A DNA stretch of 64,000 nt from an uncultured Candidatus Rokubacteria bacterium (GCA_963826115.1 CAWGVS010000003.1:145211-209210), one strand, 5' to 3'; numbered from the stretch's first letter, positions 1-10,120 are shown. The notes: generated by a model not told the origin, from the sequence alone. Program-made: numbers and translations.

Positions 1-744
1 GCGGAAAGAGGACTGGATCGCTTGCTCGGCAGCGTGGCGGGCTCGGGCCTCAAGGTCCGCCTCCGCCTCGAAGAGGGACCGCCGGCTCCACGGATCCTCG
101 ACATCGCAAGCCAAGAGGCCGCCGACATTCTCGTGGTCGGCACGCACAGCCGCACGGGTCTCCGACGGGCCATGCTCGGGAGCATCGCCGACCGGATGGT
201 CCGCCAAGCGAGGTGCCCGGTCTTGACGGCCCGGCCTCAACCGGATGCTGCGCCTCCTGTCCAGATTCGTCGGATCTGCTACGCCACCGACTTCTCCCCG
301 ACCGCCCGCGCCGCCTGGTCGTGGGTGGTCGCGATCGCCGGTGCCGCGAACGCCGAGGTCGACCTCGTTCACGTCACGTTCGAGCCGGTGGCCGACCGTC
401 ACATGCCCGCGGAGATGACCGGGCGCATGGCCCGGTTCCTCCGCGAGCAGGGCCACATGGAAGTCGAGCGGTTCCTGCAGCGGTCCACGCTGCCACGTGA
501 GCGGATCCACGTGCACCTGTCCCCCGGAGTCCCGGGGGAGCAGATCGTCCATCGCGCTCTGGAGCGAGCCGCCGATCTCATCATCATGGGTACCCACGGC
601 TGGTCCGGGGTCGTTCGCTGGGTGCTCGGTTCAGTCGCTCACTACGTGATCCAGACCGCGCCGTGCCCGGTGCTCACCATCGCGCCGGCCGGGGCACCGG
701 GGGAATCGGGCGCAGGGACAGCGGCGGCGGGGATCACGCGATGA
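1..744 (+). CDS. Tandem universal stress protein, 5' end outside the window
   Basis: Two USP signatures (DILVVGTHSRTGLRRAMLGSIA; DLIIMGTHGWSGVVRWVLGSVA...APCPVLT); frame open to the window edge. Confidence 0.9.
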   Translation, partial: AERGLDRLLGSVAGSGLKVRLRLEEGPPAPRILDIASQEAADILVVGTHSRTGLRRAMLGSIADRMVRQARCPVLTARPQPDAAPPVQIRRICYATDFSPTARAAWSWVVAIAGAANAEVDLVHVTFEPVADRHMPAEMTGRMARFLREQGHMEVERFLQRSTLPRERIHVHLSPGVPGEQIVHRALERAADLIIMGTHGWSGVVRWVLGSVAHYVIQTAPCPVLTIAPAGAPGESGAGTAAAGITR

Positions 745-1169
745 AGCCCATGCCCCATCACTACACGGTCCGGATCGCCGGGGGCCCGAGCGGTCCCGCG
801 CTCGCCATGGCTGACGGTCTGCCCGACCTCGGAAGCGCACCGCCCCCCGAGTTCGGTGGCCCCGGCGGCGCGTGGAGCCCGGAGCACCTCCTGTTGGCTG
901 CCGTGGAAGCGTGCTTCCTGTTCACCCTGCGAGCCGTCGCGCGGGCCTCGCACGTCGAGTTCGAGACGTGCGAGGTGACCGCCGAAGGGACCGTCGACCG
1001 CACGGACGGTGTGACGCGCTTCACGGACATCCTCCTGCGGCCGCGTCTCAGGCTCGCGACCGGGACGGATCCGGACCGGGCACGGCGGGCCATGGAAAAG
1101 GCCGAGAAGGCGTGTCTCGTCTCGGCTTCGCTCGTGACGCCGGTCCGGCTCGAGGCTGAGCTCGCCTAG
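741..1169 (+). CDS. OsmC/Ohr-family protein
   Basis: PPEFGGPGGAWSPEHLLLAAVEACF and a second Cys in ACLVSASL; ATGA overlap with the USP stop. Confidence 0.9.
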   Translation: MKPMPHHYTVRIAGGPSGPALAMADGLPDLGSAPPPEFGGPGGAWSPEHLLLAAVEACFLFTLRAVARASHVEFETCEVTAEGTVDRTDGVTRFTDILLRPRLRLATGTDPDRARRAMEKAEKACLVSASLVTPVRLEAELA

Positions 1170-1223
1170 CGCTGACCAGCCTTCTGTCCCCTCGCCCGTC
1201 TCGCGCCGCCAACGCCCGTCGCG

Positions 1224-1985
1224 TCACTCCAGAACCGCCAGAAGCCCCATCACACCCATCCCCAGCGTCATGAGGCCGATCTGCAGGAGCGCCCCGCGGC
1301 CGGTCCGGTCGTGCTGGAGCTCCGGGATCAAATCGGCGGCCGCAATGTATACGAAGCCCCCGGCCGTGATCGGGACCAGCAGCCCCGTCACCGCCGCCCC
1401 AAAGACCGCGCCCAGCAGCAGCGCGGCGACGGCTCCCAGGATGGCCGCGCTGGCCGACCCGAGGTTCAAAAGCACCGCCCGTCGCACGCTGAGTCCGCTG
1501 TGAATGAGGATGCCGAAGTCGCCGAGCTCCTGCGGGATCTCGTGGAAGAGCACGGCGACAGTCGTCGCCAGGCCGAGAGCTGGGCTCACGAGATAGCTCC
1601 CCGCGATCAGGACGCCGTCGATGAAGTTGTGGATCGCGTCCCCAAGAACGTTCACGGCAGCCAGCTCCGGGCGCGCGATCGACTCCGGATGATGGTACCG
1701 GTGGAGCAGGCCGTGCTCGTGCCGCAGCAGCTTCTCGACCGCGAAGAACAGCAGCATCCCGCCCAGAATCAGGAGCGATGGCCGCAGCGTGGCCGCGTCC
1801 TGCTTGAGGGACTGTGGGATGAGGTGGATGAACGCATCGCCGAGCAGCGCGCCCACCGCGAAGCTCACGAGGAAGGCGGCGAGACGGCGCGTACGCGCTT
1901 CGTCAAGGGACAGGGTCACGAGACCCACCAGGGAGACCAGGCTGACGACTCCCACACTCACCAGACTCAAGATGGCGTTGGTCAT
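1224..1985 (-). CDS. ZIP-family metal (zinc) transporter
   Basis: HNFIDG and HEIPQE motifs, His-rich loop, several TM segments. Confidence 0.93.
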   Translation of the reverse strand: MTNAILSLVSVGVVSLVSLVGLVTLSLDEARTRRLAAFLVSFAVGALLGDAFIHLIPQSLKQDAATLRPSLLILGGMLLFFAVEKLLRHEHGLLHRYHHPESIARPELAAVNVLGDAIHNFIDGVLIAGSYLVSPALGLATTVAVLFHEIPQELGDFGILIHSGLSVRRAVLLNLGSASAAILGAVAALLLGAVFGAAVTGLLVPITAGGFVYIAAADLIPELQHDRTGRGALLQIGLMTLGMGVMGLLAVLE

Positions 1986-2163
1986 CGCATGCCGCAGTGA
2001 AACGGCCCCTGCGAACACGCCGCCGTCCCAGCATGCGCCTCGGGGACGATGGCCGACCGCGCCGGGCTCGTCACCGCCCCCGCCGAGCTGGGCCGAGCTT
2101 TCGGTCGGGGCGCCGGTCTCGTCGCGGCCTGCGCATCCATCCCCCCGAGGCTCTCGAGTCCAT

Positions 2164-3114
2164 TCAGCTGGCCCGTCGTCCCGTCCGACTCGGCGGCCCT
2201 AGTTCGCCCTTCGCGCCAGAATCCCCCTCCCTGGGCGTGTCGGGTGCCAGCCCAAAGAGCCTGCCCGCAGTCCGGGCTCGGTGCTGCGGCTTGGCTAGCT
2301 CCCGGACACGCCCGTCCTCGATCAACAGGATGCGGTCGGCCTCCTGAGCGAGGCGGTCGTCATGAGTGATCATGATGAACGCGACTCCGTGCTCGCGGCT
2401 CATCTCCCGCATCAGGGCGAAGACCTCTTCACCGGCGCGGCTGTCCAGGTTCCCGGTCGGCTCGTCGGCCAGGATGATCTTCGGGGCGTTTGCCAGCGCC
2501 CGCACGATGGCACAGCGCTGGTTCTGGCCACCGCTCATCTCGCCGGGTCGCTTGTGCAGCTCCCCCTCGAGCCCGACCCGGCGCAGGAGTCCCACGACAC
2601 GCGCCCGCTGAGCGTCGGTGACGCCTCCGCATCGGATGATGATGGGCATCAGGGCGTTCTCCAGGCAGCTGAACTCGTCGAGCAGGTAATGGAACTGGAA
2701 CACGAATCCGATCTCGTCGCTCCGGAAGTCGGCCAACCCATCGTCGTCGAGCCCACCGATGTCCACGCCGTTGATCACGACCGAACCGCCCGTGGGCGTG
2801 TCCAGGGCTCCGAGGAGGTTGAGAAGCGTCGTCTTCCCACTGCCCGACTGGCCGACGATCGCCACGAATTCGCCTGATCGGATCTCGAGGTCGACGCCGT
2901 GCAGAACCGGCACCGGCACCTTGCCACCATAGGTCTTCCGAAGATCGCGCGTCTCCACCACGACCGGCCCGGCAACCCGCGACTCGTCATCACCGGGGTC
3001 AGAAGACCCGGCGGGATCGACCTCCGAGGGCGCCGGGCTGTCGGCGTCGGCGGGTCGTCGGCCTTGGGGCCCCGGGCCGGGACCGAGCGGGCGGCCTTGA
3101 TCCGATGGCTTCAT
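2164..3114 (-). CDS. ABC transporter ATP-binding protein (LolD/MacB-like)
   Basis: Walker A GQSGSGKT, signature MSGGQ, ILADEPTGNLD; start uncertain. Confidence 0.93.
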   Translation of the reverse strand: MKPSDQGRPLGPGPGPQGRRPADADSPAPSEVDPAGSSDPGDDESRVAGPVVVETRDLRKTYGGKVPVPVLHGVDLEIRSGEFVAIVGQSGSGKTTLLNLLGALDTPTGGSVVINGVDIGGLDDDGLADFRSDEIGFVFQFHYLLDEFSCLENALMPIIIRCGGVTDAQRARVVGLLRRVGLEGELHKRPGEMSGGQNQRCAIVRALANAPKIILADEPTGNLDSRAGEEVFALMREMSREHGVAFIMITHDDRLAQEADRILLIEDGRVRELAKPQHRARTAGRLFGLAPDTPREGDSGAKGELGPPSRTGRRAS

Positions 3115-4376
3115 CGCATCACGTCCACCGGGTTCAGCCGCGCGGCTCGGCGGGAGGGCAGATAGGCCGCCAGCACCGTCGCGACGATCGCCGCGCCCAC
3201 GGCCAGGCCGATGTAGGCGGGCAGGATCGCCACCGGGAAGAACTGCTCGGGCAGCTGCCCCGGCCGATACGGGGGCTGTTCGATCCGCCCGAGGAGGAAG
3301 ACGATCAGCGTGCCGACGACCGCCCCGATCGCACTTCCCGCGAAGGCGATCCCCAGGCCCTCGAGTACGAAGATGCGCAGGATCTGGCGCCGCCGAGCGC
3401 CGATCGCCTTCAGGATGCCGATCTGCTTGGACTTCTGCAGCACCGAGACGATGAGCACGGACGCGATGGCGAACGACGAGGCGACCAGGCTGAAGATCGA
3501 GATGAGATACGCGGTCGCGCTCTGCATCCGGAGCCGGTCCAGGAAGACCGGAAACTCGCGCGACCAGGACTTTGCCTCGTACGGCACGAGTCCCATGATC
3601 TGGTCCGCGATCTCGTCTGCGCTGTAGATGTCGCGCAGCTTCACGTACACGATGTTGACGGCGGTCCCCAGTCCGAACAGGCTCTGGGCCGTGCGCAGGG
3701 TGATATAGGCGTCGCCGCGACCCTGGCCGCGACTGTAGATGCCCACGATGGTGAACGTCTCGGACGCCCCGGTGTTCGACAGGAGCCGGATGCGCTCGCC
3801 CATCACCAGGTTCAGGTCCTTCGCGAGCTCCGTGTCCACGACGATCTCGTCGCTTGCGAGATCCCGGAATCGGCCCATCACCATGTACTTCGTGATCGGA
3901 GTGACCTCGTCCTGGAGCACCGGATCCGCCCCGACGACACCGACCCCGACGGCGTGACTGCCCTTGGACGCGAATCCCTGCTGCCGGACGACGGGGTTCA
4001 CGAGGGCCACACCGGGCAGGGCCCGGATCGTCTCGGTCACGCGCGGCCAGTCGTCGATGTCCTTCTGCTGGGGCGCTAGCTGGTCAATGCGGCTCGAGCT
4101 CGGTCCCGGTGGGGCGCCTGGAACCTCGGCCAGCGGGGTCGGCTTGGGATCCTCGACGCGGATGGTCACGTGCGGAATGGCCTCGGTCAGGAGGGCGGTC
4201 AGCTTCCGGTGGAGGCCGAAGATCAGCGCCGTGACGAAGATCACGATGATCACTGCGGCGGCGACCGCGCTGATCGTCAGCCACGTCTGGCCGCCGCCCG
4301 ATCGAAGGTGACGGGCGGCCACCAGGAGCTCGAAGCGAAGCCCCGGCCGGCGCGCCGCGGGCCGCTCCCCGCTCAC
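3111..4376 (-). CDS. ABC transporter permease (LolC/E, FtsX/MacB family)
   Basis: IGILKAIGA and C-terminal PSRRAARLNPVDVMR; GTG start overlaps the upstream stop (GTGA). Confidence 0.9.
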   Translation of the reverse strand: MSGERPAARRPGLRFELLVAARHLRSGGGQTWLTISAVAAAVIIVIFVTALIFGLHRKLTALLTEAIPHVTIRVEDPKPTPLAEVPGAPPGPSSSRIDQLAPQQKDIDDWPRVTETIRALPGVALVNPVVRQQGFASKGSHAVGVGVVGADPVLQDEVTPITKYMVMGRFRDLASDEIVVDTELAKDLNLVMGERIRLLSNTGASETFTIVGIYSRGQGRGDAYITLRTAQSLFGLGTAVNIVYVKLRDIYSADEIADQIMGLVPYEAKSWSREFPVFLDRLRMQSATAYLISIFSLVASSFAIASVLIVSVLQKSKQIGILKAIGARRRQILRIFVLEGLGIAFAGSAIGAVVGTLIVFLLGRIEQPPYRPGQLPEQFFPVAILPAYIGLAVGAAIVATVLAAYLPSRRAARLNPVDVMR

Positions 4377-5785
4377 CGCCCCCCTCGCTCGCTCGAGGAA
4401 CGGATTCGGACGCGGTCCCCAGGATGGATCGCCACGGGGTTCGTGATCACGCGGTCGTCGAGGCCGAGTCCGCCCACTACGGGAACGCCGTCCTTCGTAG
4501 GCGGTCGCGTCTGGACCATCTTCTCGACCGCGCGAGAGTTCTGCACCACCAGCACGACGGTCCGGTCCCCGACCCGACGTAGCGCCACCGCCGGCACCAG
4601 AATTCGTTGCGCGGCCGGGTTGGTCACGATGTTGACGTTGACCGTCTGCCCGGGACGCAGCCACCCCGGTGGCTTGTTCGGCACGACGGTCACCATGATC
4701 GTCCCGCGCGTCTGATCGACAGCGGCGGCGATCTCGGAAACGGATCCCGCGAACGTGGATCCGAGGAACGTGCCAGAGGAGATGACCGCGGACTGGCCGA
4801 CCGCAAGATCAGCGAGATTGGTCTCGTCGACGTCCACGTGGATCTCCAGCTCGTTGCTGACCAGCCGCAGGACGCCCTGGGCTCCCACCGTCTGGCCCAC
4901 CTCGGCATTGATCGCCGTCACCACCCCGCCGAAGGGCGCGAGCACGACCGCCTCCTGCGCCTGGCGACGAGCCACCGCCAGGGCTCGCTCGGATTCCCGC
5001 ACGCGCTCCCGGGCGATCGCGACGTCTTCCGGTCGAGCGCCGACCTCCAGCGTCCGCAGCCGAGCCTCCTGGACTCCGACGTTGGCCTCGGCGGCGGCCA
5101 CTCCTCCGCGGAACGCGCGCACGACGGTCTCGGCGACGGCAACCGCCTGCCGCTGGGCAGCGACCTGCTGCTCCACCACGCGGGAGCGGGTCAGAGCTTC
5201 GTCGTGCTCGGCCCTGGCGACGAGCCCGCGCTCGAGCAGCCGCTCGGCCCGCTCCAGCTGACGGGCAGCCAGCTCCCGCTCAGCCTGGTGCTGAGCGAGC
5301 TGAGCCTGCGCCTGAACGACGGTCTGTTCGGCCTGGGCCAGCGACGACTGCTGCTGAGCGAGTTGGGCGCGGGCCTGCTGGACCTGCGCCGTCGCGGCCT
5401 CGAGCTCGGACGGCAGCGCGCCGCGCGCCACCTGAACCAGCGTGGCCTGAGCGGTCGTCAGGGCCGCCTCCGCCTGCGCAACCCGGGCCTCGGCAACGTC
5501 GCTCTTGATGAGCGCCAGCCTCTGACCCGCCGAGACCCGTTCCCCTTCCTGAACGTAGAGCCGCTCCACGACTCCGGCCGCCTGGGCCCCCGCGAGCGTC
5601 TCGGTGACCCCGCGGACCCGTCCGCTGCTGGCGATCGATTCGATGATGCTGGCGGGCACCGGCCGAGCGACGGACACGTCCTTGGCCCGCTGCCCCCACC
5701 AGATCCCGGCTCCGACCGTCAGGACTCCCAGCAGGACCAGGGACATGATCCAGGAGCCCCTGAGTCTAGGCACAGTCCTCTCCAT
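4373..5785 (-). CDS. Efflux periplasmic adaptor subunit (HlyD/MacA family)
   Basis: N-terminal TM, lipoyl halves (GVVERLYVQEGERV; APFGGVV), long coiled coil. Confidence 0.9.
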   Translation of the reverse strand: MERTVPRLRGSWIMSLVLLGVLTVGAGIWWGQRAKDVSVARPVPASIIESIASSGRVRGVTETLAGAQAAGVVERLYVQEGERVSAGQRLALIKSDVAEARVAQAEAALTTAQATLVQVARGALPSELEAATAQVQQARAQLAQQQSSLAQAEQTVVQAQAQLAQHQAERELAARQLERAERLLERGLVARAEHDEALTRSRVVEQQVAAQRQAVAVAETVVRAFRGGVAAAEANVGVQEARLRTLEVGARPEDVAIARERVRESERALAVARRQAQEAVVLAPFGGVVTAINAEVGQTVGAQGVLRLVSNELEIHVDVDETNLADLAVGQSAVISSGTFLGSTFAGSVSEIAAAVDQTRGTIMVTVVPNKPPGWLRPGQTVNVNIVTNPAAQRILVPAVALRRVGDRTVVLVVQNSRAVEKMVQTRPPTKDGVPVVGGLGLDDRVITNPVAIHPGDRVRIRSSSERGGR

Positions 5786-5799
5786 TCGCGCGGTCAGGT

Positions 5800-5815
5800 T
5801 GCAATGGCTCTGCCA
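5800..5815 (-). promoter_or_regulatory. Sigma-54 promoter motif for the efflux operon
   Basis: TGGCAG-AGCCA-TTGCA (GG-N10-GC), 15 bp before the start codon. Confidence 0.7.
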
Positions 5816-5869
5816 GGAGGTAACCTGGCGTCTCCACTGCGGAACACTCCCCCAGTCGTCACGTGAGCC

Positions 5870-5907
5870 GGGGGTCCCGGCTACCCACCCGAGGCACGAT
5901 CGCCCCA
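5870..5907. promoter_or_regulatory. Putative tandem enhancer (UAS)
   Basis: GGGGGT-N6-TACCCA and CGAGGC-N6-GCCCCA, 20 bp apart. Confidence 0.4.
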
Positions 5908-6039
5908 GCCCTGGGCCGGGCGCCTCGCCAGGACCAGATCCAAAGCAGTGGGCAGCCTAGATGGATGATGGAAGGCGCCGATACCGTTCGGCTTCTCGCG
6001 AGTTCCGGCCAAGGACACCGCCAGCGCGAGCGATCGAGT

Positions 6040-6528
6040 CTAGTTGGGTGTCGTCTGGCCTGGACCTCCGCCAAGACGCCGGAGGAGTTGATCCAGGAAG
6101 CCGCGCTGTCCCTGGATGATCCGGTCCCGGGCCTCGTCAATCAGAAACCAAGCGGCGCGGTCAACCTCGGGGAACTCCTGGACGTGGCCCGAGCGGGGTG
6201 GCCACTCGATCGCGAACGTGTTGCTCCTGATCGCCGCCGGGTCACAGTCCCCCTCGACCGCCCAGGCGTGGATGATCTTCCCGCCGGGTTGCCTGATCGG
6301 CATCAGGGATAGGAAGGCACCCGATATCTCGGCGCCCGTCTCCTCGAGAAGCTCCCGCCGCGCTGCGCCGAGAGGCTCCTCGTCGGGCCGGACCTCGCCC
6401 TTGGGAATGGACCAGGCCCCCAGGTCCCTCGACTGCCAGAAGGGTCCTCCCGGGTGCACCAGGAACACCTCCCAAGCCGCGGGTCCACGCCGGTAGACCA
6501 GAACGCCCGCGCTACGCTTTCTCGGCAC
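6040..6528 (-). CDS. NUDIX hydrolase
   Basis: Nudix box GEVRPDEEPLGAARRELLEETG; HPGGPFW and FPEVDRA family motifs. Confidence 0.9.
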   Translation of the reverse strand: MPRKRSAGVLVYRRGPAAWEVFLVHPGGPFWQSRDLGAWSIPKGEVRPDEEPLGAARRELLEETGAEISGAFLSLMPIRQPGGKIIHAWAVEGDCDPAAIRSNTFAIEWPPRSGHVQEFPEVDRAAWFLIDEARDRIIQGQRGFLDQLLRRLGGGPGQTTPN

Positions 6529-6584
6529 TATTCGAGGACATCGAGGCAGTCGTGGTCGACGAGATCGGTGTCGTGGGTCGCTTC

Positions 6585-6812
6585 CTAAACAGGCTCCCGC
6601 CCCAGGTCCTCCTCGACATCCCCCTGCGAACGCCGACAGTGGTCACACCGCGTTCGGAGCCACAGGTTCCCGTCCGCATCCTCAGGGCCGCGGCTCTCCG
6701 CATGGATCAAGCCGCCACACGGGCAGGCTTCGGGGTACTCCTCGAGACATTCGGGGCATTGGGCATCTCCGACGTGGTGAACGACTTCTTCCTCGACCGC
6801 AAAGAACTGCAT
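6585..6812 (-). CDS. Small Cys-rich, probably metal-binding protein (75 aa)
   Basis: GGAGG RBS; CPEC, CPCGGLIH, CDHC; own sigma-54 motif upstream. Confidence 0.7.
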   Translation of the reverse strand: MQFFAVEEEVVHHVGDAQCPECLEEYPEACPCGGLIHAESRGPEDADGNLWLRTRCDHCRRSQGDVEEDLGREPV

Positions 6813-6838
6813 GGGGACCCCTCCATCCTCATGGGTTT

Positions 6839-6854
6839 CGCAACCGCGGTGCCG
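6839..6854 (-). promoter_or_regulatory. Sigma-54 promoter motif
   Basis: CGGCAC-CGCGG-TTGCG, 27 bp before the 6812 start. Confidence 0.6.
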
Positions 6855-6892
6855 ACAGGTGCGTTCGGCCAACCCTGGCTCCAGATCCGGCG

Positions 6893-7801
6893 TCACCCGG
6901 ACTGGCTGCCCCGCTGAATCAGCTTCCCTGGAAGCAGGGACGAGCATGCCATCACATGCGTGATCGCGTCACGATCATACTCGTCGTTCGAGCGGTAGGT
7001 GGCGAAGTAGCGCTGCAGCGCACGAACCCGCTCAAGGTGGGCCCCCACCGCCTGCAATCCGACCGACACCCCGTGGTTCGTGAACGCGAACCGCACGTCG
7101 CGCAGGCCGGGCTCGCGACAGAAGTACCCGGGTGGATCCACCCACATCCGGTCGAGGGTCGCGAGCGAACGCTCGCGCAGCACCCGCGCCCAGGTCGCGC
7201 CGGGAAAGAAGTGCGACATCCACAGGATCATCCCCAGGCCGAGGTCCTGAGTGACGTCAAGATCCCCATACAGCCGCTGAACCAGCCCCTGCATGTCTCG
7301 GATCTCTCCGGCGAGCTCCGCCTCATCCAGCAGCCGGTAAACCACGTAGCCGTGGAACGGATCCAGTGCTCCATAGCCGAATCCTGGATAAGGAGCGCTG
7401 AGATCCTCGCGCATCTTCCAGATCACGCCGACCCCGGGCCGAACGAAGGCAGGATGGATCTGGCGGACCAGCGCGATGGCCTGCTGGCGATACGCGGGCC
7501 GCTTCTCGGCGAGCACGTGAAGCGCGAACAGCCACATGGCGAGATAGTGGAAGTACTGTCCATCTCGATCGGGCGCCTCCCCGATCCGAATGCCGCGCGG
7601 CCGTCCGAGCACCCGGCCCACGTCCGCCACCACTCCCTCCGCCGCATCCACGTACCGATCGTCGAGCATTTCCGAGGCGAGCGACACGAGCAACACGACG
7701 CCGAACGCATCGGTCCAGAGGTACCGGGGCCCGTTCGGCCAGATGCGCTCGCGGCGCATCCACTCGAGCCTGCGCAGCGTCTCCTCGGCCTCCGGCCGCA
7801 T
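6893..7801 (-). CDS. Conserved-looking hypothetical protein (aromatic-rich, helical)
   Basis: Protein-like composition (RYLWTDAFGV, DGQYFHYLAMW); co-oriented with the operon; function not recognised. Confidence 0.75.
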   Translation of the reverse strand: MRPEAEETLRRLEWMRRERIWPNGPRYLWTDAFGVVLLVSLASEMLDDRYVDAAEGVVADVGRVLGRPRGIRIGEAPDRDGQYFHYLAMWLFALHVLAEKRPAYRQQAIALVRQIHPAFVRPGVGVIWKMREDLSAPYPGFGYGALDPFHGYVVYRLLDEAELAGEIRDMQGLVQRLYGDLDVTQDLGLGMILWMSHFFPGATWARVLRERSLATLDRMWVDPPGYFCREPGLRDVRFAFTNHGVSVGLQAVGAHLERVRALQRYFATYRSNDEYDRDAITHVMACSSLLPGKLIQRGSQSG

Positions 7802-8028
7802 CAGACCGACCCGCCTCCGGACCGCCGACGCGGTGACACGGTTTCCCTCTGGAAAGGCAGCGCGCCCCGAACAGCCGCCAGCACGCGAGCGACGCCGGAA
7901 CGGGTCGCCTGCTCCCGCGCGAAGCCGACGAACGGCAGGTCGTGTCTCGTGACGCGCGCGATCCGCGCCTGCAACGAGAGCAACCGCGACGGCGCCCGGA
8001 GCCCTGCCACTCGAGCCCACCGCGGCAT
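7801..8028 (-). CDS. Possible small hypothetical protein
   Basis: Fills the operon gap and its TGA overlaps the next ATG; no recognisable domain. Confidence 0.25.
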   Translation of the reverse strand: MPRWARVAGLRAPSRLLSLQARIARVTRHDLPFVGFAREQATRSGVARVLAAVRGALPFQRETVSPRRRSGGGSV

Positions 8029-8050
8029 CAGGGGGCCTCGGACAGCGGCC

Positions 8051-10057
8051 TCAGGCCGCGCCGGTGCTGAACGGGTGCAACGCCGGGAGCATCCGCGTCT
8101 CGGCGGCGGTGATGGGCCGCACCGCTTGCGTCTCATCGAACCAGATGTACTCGTCGAACTGGTACGGCAGTGAGGCGTGGAAGTAGTGGCTCTGGAGCTC
8201 CGTGTCCGGCCGGTAGACGACGCCGACGGCGCGCTCGAGTCGAGAGGACGCCAACTCCGCGCGCACCTCCTCGCGCGCCGGAGCGCGGAGATGCAGCCGG
8301 AAGGCCTTGACGCCCGAGTCGTGACACAGGCGCTCGTAGCTCTCGGGATGGGCGGGCCGCAGCTTCATGATCCGCATCGGCCCATCCCAATCATGCGCGG
8401 CGGCAACTGTCCCGTGATCGGTGCCGAACCCGACCAGGGAGACCGCGTCGCCGAATCGTTCCCGGCACAGCTGTCCGAGATTCAGCTCGCCGCGCGCGCT
8501 CATCTCGGTCGCCCGCGCGTCACCGAGATGCGAGTTGTGCGCCCACACGACGGCTTTCGAGGATGGCCCGTGGAACGCGAGCAGGCGCTCGAGCGTGTCG
8601 AACATGTGCCGGTCGCGCTGATTCCAGGACTCGGCCGCTCCGTAGTACATCGACCGGTAGTAGCGCTCGGCGTCAGCGACGAGGCGCGCATTCTGCACGG
8701 CGTCGAGGAACCGCTCGCCGTCCCGTTCCGCATAGTCGAGCTCCCGGCTGAGCATGTCGCGCAACATCGCCACCGCCTCCTTCTCGCAGACGCGGTAGCG
8801 CCCGCTGATGGCGGCACGCCCATAGGCTTGCGGATCGGCCTGCCAGGGCGTCAAGCAAGAGTACCGCTCGCGGGCAAGGCGGGCGGCCGGCGGATCCACC
8901 CGCTCCAGGTACTCGAGCACGGAGCGAATCGACGCGAACAGACTGTACAGATCCAGGCCGTAGAAACCGGCCTGCCGCGTCGGCTCGTGGGCCTCGGCGT
9001 TGAAGACCCGCAGCCACTCGACGAAGCCCCACGTCTCGTGGTTCCGCCACATCCAGGTCGGAAACCGCGCAAACACCGACTCCTCGGGACGGTGCCCATC
9101 CGGAAGCGCCTCGACGTAGCGATTGACGCGGCGCGCATCCGGCCAGTCGGCCTCGACCGCGACGATCCGGAACCCGCGGGTGCGGATGAGCTCCTGGGTG
9201 ATGCGAGCGCGCATTCGGTAGAACTCGGAAGTGCCGTGCGTCGCTTCACCGATCAGGACCAGTCGCGATTCGCCGAGCCGCTCGAGCAGCGCGCCGAGAT
9301 CCTGGCCATCGATCGATGCGAGCGGCTCGGCGACTTCACGCAGGAGGTGAACCAAGGTGCCTGGACGGCTCAGGGTCTGCGCGGGACGCCCGTTCCACTC
9401 GGTCGGCTCTGCCGTCCAGCCCTGCGTCCCAATCAGCGGCACGAAGCGCACGTCGCCGAGCTCTTCCTCGCGCAGCCGGCCATCCGCTTCCCGGGTCACC
9501 CGGAGCAGGCGTTGAACGCTTCGGCCCTCCCCTACCGGAATCACGAGACGCCCGCCGGGTGCCAGCTGGTCCAGCAGCGCCTCGGGGACTTTCGGGCCAC
9601 CTGCCGCGACGACGATCGCGTCGTATGGGGCATGCTCGGGCCAGCCGAGCGTGCCGTCACCATGCAGCACGAGGACGTTCGAGAATCCAAGCCGGGCAAG
9701 ACGTTCGGTCGCGACGCGGGCCAGCTCCTCGTGCCGCTCGACCGTATAGACCTCGCGAGCGATCCGGCCGAGAATCGCCGCCGCGTAACCAGAGCCCGTC
9801 CCCACCTCCAGCACGCGATCCCCGGGGCGAAGGGCCGCCGCCGCGGTCATGAGCGCGACGATGTAGGGCTGCGAGATCGTTTGCCCCCGCTCGATCGGCA
9901 GGGGCGCATCCGCATACGCGAACTCCTCGAGCTTCGGCGGTAGGAACGCCTCCCGCGGGACATTCCGCATCGCCTCGAGCACGGCCGGGTCACGGACGCC
10001 TCGAGCGGCGATGTGGGCACGAACCATGCGCACTCGTTCGTCGACCAGGTTCATCAT
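8051..10057 (-). CDS. pcm: Protein-L-isoaspartate O-methyltransferase fused to an erythromycin esterase-family domain
   Basis: GQTISQP and VLEVGTGSGY (PCMT); GEATHGTSEFY, VEADWPD, WAHNSH (Ere family). Confidence 0.92.
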   Translation of the reverse strand: MMNLVDERVRMVRAHIAARGVRDPAVLEAMRNVPREAFLPPKLEEFAYADAPLPIERGQTISQPYIVALMTAAAALRPGDRVLEVGTGSGYAAAILGRIAREVYTVERHEELARVATERLARLGFSNVLVLHGDGTLGWPEHAPYDAIVVAAGGPKVPEALLDQLAPGGRLVIPVGEGRSVQRLLRVTREADGRLREEELGDVRFVPLIGTQGWTAEPTEWNGRPAQTLSRPGTLVHLLREVAEPLASIDGQDLGALLERLGESRLVLIGEATHGTSEFYRMRARITQELIRTRGFRIVAVEADWPDARRVNRYVEALPDGHRPEESVFARFPTWMWRNHETWGFVEWLRVFNAEAHEPTRQAGFYGLDLYSLFASIRSVLEYLERVDPPAARLARERYSCLTPWQADPQAYGRAAISGRYRVCEKEAVAMLRDMLSRELDYAERDGERFLDAVQNARLVADAERYYRSMYYGAAESWNQRDRHMFDTLERLLAFHGPSSKAVVWAHNSHLGDARATEMSARGELNLGQLCRERFGDAVSLVGFGTDHGTVAAAHDWDGPMRIMKLRPAHPESYERLCHDSGVKAFRLHLRAPAREEVRAELASSRLERAVGVVYRPDTELQSHYFHASLPYQFDEYIWFDETQAVRPITAAETRMLPALHPFSTGAA

Positions 10058-10120
10058 TTCACTCCGCCTCGGGAGCCCGGCCAAGGAACGCCGGCCATCC
10101 GGTCGGCGTCCCGGGGACGC

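Noticed and set aside
8051-9330. Erythromycin esterase domain as an antibiotic resistance gene
   Set aside because: It is fused to PCMT inside a stress operon with no mobile context; the family is much broader than EreA/EreB.
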